DNA from: Eledone cirrhosa | Taxonomy: Eukaryota | Direction: 5' to 3' | NCBI GenBank assembly: GCA_964016885.1 | Contig: OZ024741.1 | Span: 67,146,001-67,210,000 of the forward strand | DNA length: 64,000 nucleotides | Part shown: positions 1-11,235 of the stretch, piece after piece | Position numbering within the stretch: position 1 is the first letter of the stretch | Layout: each line of letters starts with the position of its first letter | Position numbers and translations under genes: made by a program | The notes under the pieces: model-generated | Databases searched by the model: none | Seen by the model: the letters and a program-made list of their open reading frames with translations, nothing else | What the model was told of the DNA's origin: nothing

Positions 1-487
1 GTATAAGACAAATGCCAGTTGATTACAAGAATAAATCTGTTTGAGTTTTAACTCCATATACTCCATTAAAAAATTAATAAAACACACAACGTATTGATGG
101 AAACCTCTCATTACTGAAACGTGTAACAATTGATTCTATTTAACAGGTGTACGGGATAAATAAATAATCTCCGAATTTATAGGGCCCTAACTAACTATTA
201 TAAATCATGTTATCGATTGTCTAAAGATTTTGACAGTCCTCCAGTAATGATTTCTAACTGAGGTACAATGCCAGTAATTATTGTCAGCGTGGGCATAATT
301 CAATTATATTGACCTCAGTACTCGACTGTTACATTATTTTGTCCATTGAAGAAAGATGAACGGCAAAGTTGACCTCATGTAAAGTACCCTAACTAAATCT
401 ATCAAGCATTTGTCGGACATCATAAGGGTTATTCCAATCCTCCAACATTCGACAATAATAAGAATTATTATTATTTCTTATTGGCTA

Positions 488-710
488 GGAGCGGTGGGTT
501 GGCAATATAGGTAGAGCGTTGGACAACACGCATGTGGCATATAGTTACGTCCCTTTACGTTCTGGGTTCAAATCCCGCCGAAGTTAGCTTTTCCTCTCAT
601 CCTTACGGGGTCGATAAAATAAAGAACCATTAACGCACTGGGGTCGATTTAATAGACTTTCCTCCCCACCAAATTTGTTGGCCTTGTGCCTAAAGTAGAA
701 ACCATTATTT
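488..710 (+). mobile_element. tRNA-derived SINE, full length
   Basis: A-box-like tggcaatataggtag and B-box ggttcaaatcc, then the conserved body cttttcctctcatccttacggggtcgataaaataaag and tail gccttgtgcctaaagtagaaacc; same family recurs many times in the window. Confidence 0.85.
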
Positions 711-715
711 CTTAC

Positions 716-820
716 TGCCGAGGTTAACTTTGCCTTTCATCCTTATGGGGTCGATAAAATAAAGTACCAGTAATGTACTGGGTATTTGCTGGCTTTGTGC
801 CTAAAGTAGAAACCATTATT
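716..820 (+). mobile_element. 5'-truncated SINE of the same family, in tandem with the previous copy
   Basis: gccgaggttaactttgcctttcatccttatggggtcgataaaataaagtaccag...gtgcctaaagtagaaacc. Confidence 0.85.
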
Positions 821-1820
821 TCTTATTGCATGCTAGGTTCTACACATAAAGGACAATACAAACTGAGAATTTATATAAAACCTGCAATAAATGATAACAG
901 GAAATAATTAACAATAAATTGATAACAATAAAATGTCACAAAGAGGGAGTGTCACCCAGGGGTATGTTAGAAATCCCCCAAATCCTAAATCCCTCTAATC
1001 TCCAAGAGCACCATCGGAAGATGCCTTTCTCCCCCTCTCTTTAAAATCTCCAGTCTGCAGGAGTATGATCAGAGTAGGCGAATTGATTCGGGCCATTCTC
1101 GTTACATTCACACACCTTTTAACAAATGTCCTGGAGGGAAGCACTCCGCATCCTCACTTCCTTTCCAAGTGGAACTTCAAAAATTTATGACGGCGCGGCC
1201 GAAGAGGAAAGTGTTTGTCTGCAGTCCTTTGAGCCGGATCCACTACACAACCTTTTTCACTATAGCCACCAGACAGAAGAAAACTGCTTGCGTTCTCCGC
1301 TCAAAAGAAAGCGGCGGGGCGTTTTTTACGATGGAGGTGATCGATAGCCGAGTCCGTCCTACACGCGTAAAAACTGTTTAACAAAAGTCTACATGTCAGC
1401 AATTCACAGGCATTGGACGTGTACGTGCAGAACGATCTCATTGCTCTGCGGCATCACGGGCGGGTCCATCGGAGAGCATGTTCATGCCTGTAGAGTTTGT
1501 CTCAATCCAGCATTGACGAGCGCTAGCACTGCTATGCCAGAGATTTGTGGAAGTTCTCAATACTTGCTATGCCAGAGATTTGTGGAAGTTCTCAATACTT
1601 CTCGGCTTGAGAGTTCTCCGTAACAGACTGGTCAGTTTGATTTCGTCGACGCTCTGAGAACATTGTTGCTCTTACACACTACTTGTCCCCCTTAGAACGG
1701 GGAATTCCCAATGACCGCATTGCCCGACTGCAGTCCAGATGCCAAACTCCCAGTCACGGCCTTCGCTTGACCCACGACTGGGTTAAAGAGTCGAGAAAAA
1801 CCTGCTGCACCGCTCCTGTA
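821..1820 (-). pseudogene. Decayed 3' fragment of a Tx1/L1-clade LINE (ORF2 C-terminus and 3' UTR)
   Basis: Minus strand gives remnants such as QSWVKRRP and ENFHKSLA*QC, matching LQSWVKRRP and DNFQKSLAWQC in the elements at 44705-47590 and 61685-62641; 3' UTR resembles 61445-61510. Confidence 0.75.
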
Positions 1821-1893
1821 AGTTTATGTAACAATAGAAAAAAAATCAAACTTACAGGAGCGATGTATAACACGTATCGACAAGTGAACGATC

Positions 1894-1963
<70 letters not shown>
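1894..1963. repeat. (TAA)n microsatellite at the 5' flank of the Dong-like element
   Basis: Perfect taa run. Confidence 0.95.
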
Positions 1964-2577
1964 GGGAAAATGAAGCATGTGTCAGTAAAAACGAGGTAAA
2001 CTGTAACACTTCGAATCCCAGGGTTGGGGCGGAATCACTGGCAACAGAACAAATTAAAGAAAGGAGCGAAAAAGTGGAGGGAGTGCATGCTCAGGATGAA
2101 ACTCCAAATGAAAATAAAAATAATGAGATCGTAAATGATAAAGAAATGAATGAGAATGAACTTGCCAACTTGAAGGATGAAATTATGATCGAATGGATGA
2201 AAATAAAAGAATCTGACATGGGGCAACGAGACACCCTCCCTAAGATCCAGAACTCCAAACAGAACCAAAAGATAATACACAAGACTAACATAATTCTCAA
2301 AAACATTATCATCACAAACAAACTAAACATTACTGACTTAAATCATCTCTATTATGCATCGGCTAAAGTCACCACTCACTTATGTGGAGTGAAGATGAAA
2401 AAAAAAGGAATTCCCACAAGAAATCTACTTGGCAAGATAACATCAATCGCCAAATAAACCTTCTCCGATCTGACATAGAAATTTTAACAAACTATAAAGT
2501 AGGTTAACATGTTAAACAAACTAAACTTAGAAAATTGAAAAAAAAAGTACAGTATAAGATAAACATGTGACATAGAC

Positions 2578-3558
2578 ATGCTGATAGAAACAATCAAGCA
2601 AAAAGTGTCGGCCAAAGCTGCTCGTATAAGGCGCTTTGAAAAACGATCTAGATTCTATAAGGACAATAATATGTTCAAAAACAACCAAAGAAACTTCTAC
2701 AGAAAAATTGGTAAGTCAACAATAACTGCTAAATCAATACCACCCAAGGAGGAAGTGCAAGAATTCTGGGAAAAGATCTGGGCCGAAGAAAAAGTTCATA
2801 ACATACATGCCCCATGGATAGACCGACAAATGAAAGAAACAGCTCACCTTGAAGAACAAACATGGGAAAATATAACAGTTGAACAGCTGCGCTTGGCTCT
2901 AAGAAAAACCAGCAAATGGAAATCCCCAGGAAAAGACAAAATACAAAACTTTTGGATAAATGCCTTCACAGAGTCTCATGAGCTGTTTGCCCAACTTTAC
3001 AATGAAATAGTTAAGGAGCCAGAAAAGATACCATCATGGCTAGTTAACGGCATTACATTCCTGCTACCGAAGAATGATGAGACAAACAATCCCCAAAATT
3101 ACAGACCGATAACCTGCTTGACCACAATGTATAAAATTTTAACATCAGTCCTAACTGAATGCACATATGACCACCTGATAACAAATGACATATTTCCCAT
3201 TGAGCAGAAAGGGTGTAAACGAGGCTCATATGGCTGTAAGGATCAGCTTCTGGTTAACAAAATGATACTGGAAGATTGTCATAATAGACACAAAAATCTA
3301 TCGATTGCTTGGATAGATTATAAAAAAGCATTCGATAGTTTGCCACACAGTTGGATTGAAAAATGTTTAGAGATTTTCAAAATATCCCCCGTTGTCAGGA
3401 GGTTTTTGTCATTCAGTATGAGGACATGGAGAACGACACTCCTTTTGAATAGTGAAACAAAATCACTGGAAGCTGGAGAAGTTAACATTAATTGTGGAAT
3501 TTTTCAGGGTGACTCTTTATCACCGCTTTTATTCTGCATCGCACTTACCATTAAGTAA
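2578..3558 (+). CDS. R4/Dong ORF, N-terminal half of reverse transcriptase
   Basis: [45 protein letters not shown]. Confidence 0.88.
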   Translation: MLIETIKQKVSAKAARIRRFEKRSRFYKDNNMFKNNQRNFYRKIGKSTITAKSIPPKEEVQEFWEKIWAEEKVHNIHAPWIDRQMKETAHLEEQTWENITVEQLRLALRKTSKWKSPGKDKIQNFWINAFTESHELFAQLYNEIVKEPEKIPSWLVNGITFLLPKNDETNNPQNYRPITCLTTMYKILTSVLTECTYDHLITNDIFPIEQKGCKRGSYGCKDQLLVNKMILEDCHNRHKNLSIAWIDYKKAFDSLPHSWIEKCLEIFKISPVVRRFLSFSMRTWRTTLLLNSETKSLEAGEVNINCGIFQGDSLSPLLFCIALTIK

Positions 3559-5170
3559 AATGCTCAATGAAACAAAACATGGATATAGAGTCTATGACAA
3601 AACCATTAATCACCTGTTCTACATGGATGACCTGAAACTATTTGCAAAAAATGATGAACAATTGCAAGGGCTATTATCCACTGTGAAGCAGTTCAGTGAT
3701 GACATTAAAATGGAGTTTGGACTGGATAAATGCGCCAAAGCAATGTTCACCAGAGGAAAGCTGCTGAAGAGTTCAGACATTAATCTTGATCGGGGGAACG
3801 TGATAAGAGAGCTTGATCAAGAACAAACTTACAAATATCTAGGTGTTTGTGAAGGAGACGGAATCAAGCACTCGACAATGAGGGAAAGGATAAGGAAGGA
3901 ATGCTACCGCAGAGTCAGAGCAATCTTAAGAACGGAATTGAATGCAAGGAATAGGATCGATGCCATAAACACGCTTGCCATACCAGTAGTAACCTACAGT
4001 TACAATGTCATCGACTGGTCAAGCACAGAGATCCGTAGGCTCGATACAAAAATCCGAAAATTCTTAACCATGCACAGAATGCATCACCCTAAGGCAGACA
4101 TAGATAGAATATATCTCCCTAGGAAAGAAGGAGGACGTGGGTTAATCCAGTTAGACATTGCGTTGAAAACTGCAACAATTGGATTATCCACATATCTAAG
4201 GGAATCACATGATTGGATGATCAAACTCGTTTTGAAACACGAAAGCACCAAAAGATCATATTCCATTACAAAAGATGCACAAAGATACAGTAATGGACTA
4301 CAAATTTCAGAAGTCCCATTTACTGCTGAAATGGAAAACACAGAAAAAGCAAAGCAGGTAAAAGTAACTGCAAAGAAAGAACTGCTACAGAAACTGGCTA
4401 AGAAATGGCAAGAAAAGCCTCTGTATGGAAAATACCCAGAGCGAGCTAACAATCCTGATGTTGACAAAACTTTAACCCATCAGTGGCTGGCATCCTCTGG
4501 ACTGAAATCGGAGACTGAAGGACTGATTATATCGGCACAAGATCAGTGTCTGCCAACAAAAAATTACCAAGCCAACATAATAAAAAATGGGTGCAGCCCA
4601 TTATGCCGTGTATGCAAAAAACAACCAGAGACTATTGACCATATAATTTCAATGTGCAGTCCTATAGCTCCAACCGAATACCTAAACAGGCATGACAGAG
4701 CTGCACAATACATACATTGGATAATGTGTAAGCATTTTGACCTGCCCCATCAAAAGAATTGGTGGGAGCATCAACCACCTCCCATACTTGAAAAAGATCA
4801 CATCTCAATCTTGTGGAACTTTAGCATCCAAACAGACCGAAAAATAGATGCAAATAGACCTGATATAATATTGAAGGACTTTCAAAGGAGGGTATGCCTG
4901 CTAATTGATATGTCTGTTCCAATAGACAAGAATGTATCTATAAAAACATTTGAAAAATTGAGCAAGTATAAGGACCTGGAGATAGAAATTGGAAAAATGT
5001 GGAAATTGAGAACTAAAACAATACCAGTGGTTGTAGGCGCTCTGGGAATGATACCTAAGGGGTCTAACGACTACTTATCGCAAATCCCAGGAAACCCGCG
5101 TATAGGAGAAATACAAAACATAGTACTAATGGGAACTGCCCATATACTAAGGAAGATCCTGTCAATATAA
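3452..5170 (+). CDS. R4/Dong ORF, RT C-terminal half, CCHC zinc knuckle and RLE endonuclease (true frame entered near 3545)
   Basis: HLFYMDDLKLF, YKYLG, CRVC-x8-HIISMC, RHD, RPDIILKD, IDMSVP, KLSKY. Confidence 0.9.
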   Translation: MKQNHWKLEKLTLIVEFFRVTLYHRFYSASHLPLSKMLNETKHGYRVYDKTINHLFYMDDLKLFAKNDEQLQGLLSTVKQFSDDIKMEFGLDKCAKAMFTRGKLLKSSDINLDRGNVIRELDQEQTYKYLGVCEGDGIKHSTMRERIRKECYRRVRAILRTELNARNRIDAINTLAIPVVTYSYNVIDWSSTEIRRLDTKIRKFLTMHRMHHPKADIDRIYLPRKEGGRGLIQLDIALKTATIGLSTYLRESHDWMIKLVLKHESTKRSYSITKDAQRYSNGLQISEVPFTAEMENTEKAKQVKVTAKKELLQKLAKKWQEKPLYGKYPERANNPDVDKTLTHQWLASSGLKSETEGLIISAQDQCLPTKNYQANIIKNGCSPLCRVCKKQPETIDHIISMCSPIAPTEYLNRHDRAAQYIHWIMCKHFDLPHQKNWWEHQPPPILEKDHISILWNFSIQTDRKIDANRPDIILKDFQRRVCLLIDMSVPIDKNVSIKTFEKLSKYKDLEIEIGKMWKLRTKTIPVVVGALGMIPKGSNDYLSQIPGNPRIGEIQNIVLMGTAHILRKILSI

Positions 5171-5333
5171 GTACATCACAAGTCTAAACACTAAGGATGC
5201 ATGTGTGAATATGTATGTTCTTTCTTGAACATGGCGGACCTTGTTGTCTCTTGAGGTCACTGGTTGTGACTTGGTGATAACTCGTATAAACATAAAGCAA
5301 GATAAATGCAAATAATAATAATAATAATAATAA

Positions 5334-5354
5334 CAACAGCACGAGTAGTAGTAT

Positions 5355-5452
<98 letters not shown>

Positions 5453-5460
5453 GTAGTAAA
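5334..5460. repeat. Compound (TAC)n/(TGC)n microsatellite
   Basis: Direct reading. Confidence 0.95.
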
Positions 5461-6675
5461 AACAGTGTGACCTGTACTGTAACTTACACAGATCTAACTC
5501 AGAGAAGGTATCACATAATAATGAAAACAAAATGAAACATCATAAACATAGTACTATAGCCAAACAAGTACTGGATATTATATCTCATAGCCTATACCAG
5601 AGAGGGAAAACAAAATACTATTTATACCTTAACATGTCTTTGACATCAAAGCATGGGAAGAGATTATGTTACGCATCATGATGTTTTGATTATTGTTCGT
5701 TTTTCCTGCTTTTAATTTTTCTTGTTGATGTTCGTTTTAGTCTTTCTCAAAGAGAAATTTTCCCTCTGAGAATTACATGCTTAATGTAAGTTGATATTAA
5801 TGGTTAGCCAACATAGCTCAAATGAATAGGACGGAAGTTGACTAATGTCCAACGTCATACATCAAACAGGAATTGTTGAGTTACTGCTCATGATATCGTG
5901 CATGAGCACTTAAGAGACAACAGCAGTGAAGAGATGAATGACATCCTAATATTATTTTTTACTTTCTTCTTTCCGAGGAAACCCAGCGGCATCAACACCA
6001 TGTAATTTGAGCCGAACTTTTCTATAAAAGTCAACAGAAATCATAATCCTTATTCCAGTAGTTAGTTCTTGGTGAACCGATCGTGTGATTAAAATATGTC
6101 GATTCGCTATTACAAAGGATCTACTTACACAGTATTGATTCTATATGCGATGCTAGCACGCAGCAAAATGACTATGCAACCAAGTTTCGATATTTAACAG
6201 TGTTAGGGATAAAACTTACTTTCATTTCAATTGAACTCGGTAAAGGCAGTAACAACAAAACTTCATATTTTTCCTTCTTTGATGCAGATAAGTAATTTAA
6301 TGTACATTAATATTAATAATCTGTTTGCAGCCCTTACAATTTTGTAGACAAAAGGCTAGAGTTAAAATATTGTTTAACTGTATTCAACAAATGTTTGCTG
6401 AAGCTCTAAAAGATAAGCTGCATTCTTATATACTGGTAATACTTTCTGATATAACAACTTTATTAAAACAAGTTCATGTATTATATACATAGTTTGATCA
6501 CTAACCATGTTTTATTTGCCTTTGCCAGCATGAACATTGATTTCATTTACCAGTAATAATCTATACTATATATTAACATCCCAAATCTCTATAAGTTATG
6601 AGTATTCACTATTTTGTTTGAAAAAACAAAACAATCCGTGAATAATTGTAAGCTATCTCTCTATAAGTCGGCTCT

Positions 6676-7315
6676 ATTAATACGGGCTGTTTGTTTACAA
6701 ACAAACCGAACATTATAATAAATGTTCGGTAAACCCATACGTACATATATATATATGTGTGCATGTATGTATATATATACATACTACTGTACGTCTGTAT
6801 ACATATATGTATTTACGTATACATACTTACATTTAAGTATCAGCCGTACTAAGAGTGAGAAATGAAATTTCATTTCATTCTTTTGCATTTATCGTTTTCG
6901 GTGCGCCCGGCCGACCAACTCACTCGATATGCAAATTAGGCTGCTCAGCCGTTAATATGAATAAGGAAAGTATATACTTTCAAACGTTCAATCATCTGAT
7001 AATAATGTATACGATGCTGACGATAGCTAATAAGCTTGAAACTAGTTCATCGTTCCTTTGTCAGTGTTGAACAAAAGAGCGACGATGGTTGCCGAACACC
7101 GTACGGCTTAATTCGGGCTGTTTGTTTACAAACAAACCGAACATTATAATAAATGTGCGGTAAACCCATACGTACATATATATATATGTGTGCATGTATG
7201 TATATATATACATACTACTGTACGTCTGTATACATATATGTATGTACGTATACATACTTACATTTAAGTCTCAACCGTACTAAGAGTGAGAAATGAAATT
7301 TCATTCTTTTCCATT
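6676..7315 (+). mobile_element. Hammerhead-bearing non-autonomous repeat, family A: partial 3' copy (6676-6890) plus full ~425 bp monomer (6891-7315)
   Basis: 6676-6890 repeats at ~7108-7315; homologous to 32168-32880; flanked by 12-bp direct repeat tctctataagtc (6658-6669, 7316-7327). Confidence 0.8.
7011..7053 (+). ncRNA. Type I hammerhead ribozyme motif (family A)
   Basis: acgatg CTGACGA t-agct-aata-agct-t GAAAC ta GTT catcgt: 6-bp stem I, 4-bp stem II, palindromic actagt stem III. Confidence 0.8.
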
Positions 7316-8581
7316 TCTCTATAAGTCACTATATATCTAGAACTAAAGTATACAATATGACATACTTTAAGGGTGGTAGAATGTGTTTTCGAGAATATTT
7401 GGTTATTATTTCTAGTAGGTGTAGTGGCCAAATACAGGTTTTCTCATTTCCTCGGGTGGTTTTGTCGTAGGTTTATAAATATTTCTTATTTTGATATTTT
7501 TTGTTTTTCATTTACTTTGTAAATTCATTAAATTAATATGTTATCGCTAGACCAAACATATTTTCTCAATCAAGTCGATCATTGCATATAAAGCATCCAA
7601 TTAGACAATCAATTAAAATAATTTATCTTTCCCAATTCCTTGAGGACTTCATTCTGCATTTCATTACTACGTCAAATGTTTATTCATTTGTAGCATATAT
7701 GTGCCATTAAATCTTCCCGTGACCTATCGTCTAATTTATATTTTATATATTCCCCACATCCCCTTGTCGTTAGTTTGACATAATATACAGTTTTATAAGA
7801 CATTCTTTTATCCTGGTACAGAGAGCTAAATACTTATTGCTAAATTGAAGAAACCCACCAATCCACAATCATCCTGACTATCAAGGGCGAGTGTCCGACC
7901 CCAACAGTCGTTGTCCAGCCTACAGGCACATGCTGAGTGTAGACTAATTCATATTTGTTATTATCGCTACTTCGATCACATTTTCATAAATTTCAAGTGA
8001 TACCTGAAACCGTCGGTGAGAATTCTACCAAAGAGGAAAATGAAAAATTATTCAAATATTAAAATCTGAAAATAGAAATAACCTGAGTGTGGTGAGTGAT
8101 GAGGATGAAATCAGAAACTATTCATATAATAATAGGTGTTCTGGGAATGATAAAATGGTACTAAAACCAAACATACATAAAAAACGCTCCAGGACTTACA
8201 AATATATACACCATACAGAAAAAATAGTATTGCTTTGCACTGCACACATATTACGAAGAGTTGCCTCAATACAATAAAAACAAATTTAAATATATTTACA
8301 CTTGCGTCAGGTACATAAAGCTATACTCGATAATGGAAGTCAAACATTAATTCAAAATTAATAGAAGAGAATACACACACGCGCGCGTGCGCGCAACCCC
8401 TTCGCCCAACACACAAATATATATATATATATATGTATTCATTTAGGTTTGTTGGCTCACCACTGGATAGAACTGGTCATTCCGTATGGTCAACCTCGAT
8501 GTAATATTAGGGAGAGCACTCGACGTAATGCAACTCACCCGTCTTCGTTCGTGTTGTTGGTGGTGCGAGTACGGAGTTAAT

Positions 8582-8836
8582 TATTATAAAATAACAGGAG
8601 GTTTGACTGGTGTAATTCCTTAAAGGTTTTCAATATGAATCCGGTGACATCATCATGTATTCGAAATTTAACAAAGGAATATAATCTATGGGGCTGAAAA
8701 AACAGAGTGACAAGAAGGCGGCCACACATTTAGCAGTCGAATACCTGATTTATACTGAACCCGGTCATTAAAATGTTCATAGTATAATAAACCTTTAAGG
8801 AATTACACCAGTCCAGCCTCCTGTTATTTTATAATA
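8582..8836. mobile_element. MITE-like element with ~48-bp terminal inverted repeats
   Basis: tattataaaataacaggaggtttgactggtgtaattccttaaaggttt ... aaacctttaaggaattacaccagtccagcctcctgttattttataata. Confidence 0.7.
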
Positions 8837-8859
8837 TATATATATGTATATATATATAT

Positions 8860-9720
8860 ATTATCATGGCATGGATTCGCGAACGTTGATCATGAAGGAA
8901 GTGGTCCACGTTGACTGCAGGTACGCTCGTTGCAGATCAAGCCAATGCAGGACAGGCACAAAGGGATTTTTTCAAACAGTCCTTGTATCACTTCCTTCGT
9001 GCGCCCTGTCACAATGGCCTGTTAAGAGTTCGCCGTACAACCCTTCTGCACTGCCTATAACCTGACTGTGAAACAGTACATGTTCTTTAAATCCATTTGA
9101 GTAGCAACATGTCCAAACCTTCCGGCTAGGCTTTTTAAGGAGACTGTTTACTAACAGTAGACCGAAACATTCCATAAAGTCAAAAGGCTGGACACGGTTG
9201 GTTTTTGTGAATTTTTGATAGCTATAATGTATCATGTCCAGACCTAAATATTCATTGAAATCGCCAACGATGAATACTAAGCGAGTGAAGGAATAAGACA
9301 TACAATGTCAGAGATCTTCATAGAAGGTAATAACCTCATTCTCATGTGATTGATTATGTGGAGGGTGGCAGCATATTAAGTTTTGAGATTTCCTAAAAAG
9401 AAAAAAAGGAGCCACCATTATGCGTGATGAAATAGGTTCTACAGCCAATAAATAAGAAAACAAGTGTTTATTTACAAGTAAACCAACATCACTAACAGTA
9501 GCATTGGAGTTATTTACTTTAGCCCATGATATAATGAATGCGAATTCTGAGTTAACATGATGGTATTTTATTTGTTCCTCATGTTTGAACCTAGGTTTTT
9601 GAACACATACAATATCTAAATTATGCTCTAATGCTGAGTTTAGAAATCCAATCATGTGGAAGTCCTTTGCTAATGCGCTAGCATTATATGTTGTCTTTGA
9701 AAAAGTTGTATTGCCATTTT
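8860..9720 (-). pseudogene. Decayed APE endonuclease domain of a LINE
   Basis: ORFs 9308-9655 and 8972-9301: LDIVCVQ, VGLLV, PISSRIM, FYEDL, IVGDFN. Confidence 0.75.
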
Positions 9721-9974
9721 AAAATATTTGAGATTTCTTTAAAGAATTAGCACTAATGGCCATCCTTCCGATTGGATTTATGATGGACACGTCATAGTTT
9801 GGAGAATACCGATTAATCCTATTATGAAATTTAAAATGGTTAGCGGCTTCAGTTTCGAGTTTGTAGTGTCATCTGAAAAGTCATTATTTCAGAGATTTTC
9901 TTCATTACGATTGGTGAGCACCATCTGCTTTTGAAGATTTTATATTAGAGTGACATTATCCTCGATATTATGTA

Positions 9975-10150
9975 GCAGGTAGAGGGTCGGCGCAATGCTT
10001 TGCAGCAAAGAGTTACCGCCTTTTATGGTCTGAGTTCAAATCCCGCGGAGGTTAACTTTGCTTTTCATCCTTACGGGGTCGATAAAATAAAGTACCAGTA
10101 ATACACTGGTATAATTGTTGGCTTTGTCCCAAATTTAGAAACAACTATTA
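9975..10150 (+). mobile_element. tRNA-derived SINE
   Basis: ggtagagggtcgg...gagttcaaatcccgcggaggttaactttgcttttcatccttacggggtcgataaaataaagtaccag. Confidence 0.85.
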
Positions 10151-10719
10151 CCATTATCTTAATAGCACCACCTGGCGAAGTCTTTCAAATAAGGATTTGG
10201 ACACCATGGCCCACTCAAGTAGAGTTATTGTTTACGGAGGCATATCCGGGTATATATATATATATATTGAAAATAAAATGAATTGCTCAAAGATACAACA
10301 TCCTAACCAATTCTTTTTCACTATATATACATACATACATGCACACACAGACACACACACACGTATATATATATGTGTGTGTGTGTGTGTATGTATATAT
10401 AGTGAAGAAAAATTAATATAGAAATGGGTTCTACAGATTATATATATATATTAGCAGGGGGACTGTTTGTGTGTGTACGAGGGAGGGAGAAATTGAGATA
10501 GAGGAAGATAGACGAATACATGTGAGGGGTGGCTGAGTGCGTATCAATGGAAGCATTTCAGTACTAATATGTCTTTGAAGTATGAATTACGTTGAGGTCT
10601 GACGGGTCATTGGTTTAATGCTTAGTCGTCTTCAGACTAAACACGACATTTAAATAATTCAAATAACCATTTCTAAATCCTAAGATGTACATATTTGACA
10701 AAGGTTATATACATATACT

Positions 10720-10794
<75 letters not shown>

Positions 10795-10844
10795 GATATT
10801 AAATAAATGGAAACTATATTTATAAAACCATATTTATTTCATTG

Positions 10845-10955
10845 TTCAAATCCCGCCGAGGTTGACTTTGCCTTTCATCCTTACGGGGTCGATAAAATAA
10901 AGTACCAGTAATGCACTGGGTATTTGCTGGCCTTGTGCCTAAAGTAGAAACAATT
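10845..10955 (+). mobile_element. 5'-truncated SINE
   Basis: Starts at B-box gttcaaatcc; body and tail match the family. Confidence 0.85.
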
Positions 10956-11107
10956 ATATATATTTCAGGGATATCATATTAACAATATGTTATGCCTTCT
11001 TCAGACAAAATACAATATAGACAGTTTTATAGATAAATAGATTTGACATACCGTTCAACATCGACTTGTATTTGAAAGAGTTGATTTGGCAGTGAAAAAT
11101 TGTAAAC

Positions 11108-11134
11108 AGAAAGAAAGAAAGAAAGAAAGAAGGA

Positions 11135-11206
<72 letters not shown>

Positions 11207-11235
11207 AAACGAAGAAAAAGAAGAAAAAGAAGAAA
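11108..11235. repeat. (GAAA)n microsatellite
   Basis: Direct reading. Confidence 0.95.

Larger units (their letters stand above)
1964..5333 (+). mobile_element. R4/Dong-type non-LTR retrotransposon, near full length, with frameshifts
   Basis: RT motifs followed by CCHC knuckle and PD-(D/E)xK restriction-like endonuclease; short 3' UTR; (TAA)n on both sides. Confidence 0.9.

Noticed and set aside
488-580. tRNA gene
   Set aside because: A and B boxes are present but there is no cloverleaf, and the sequence continues into the SINE body
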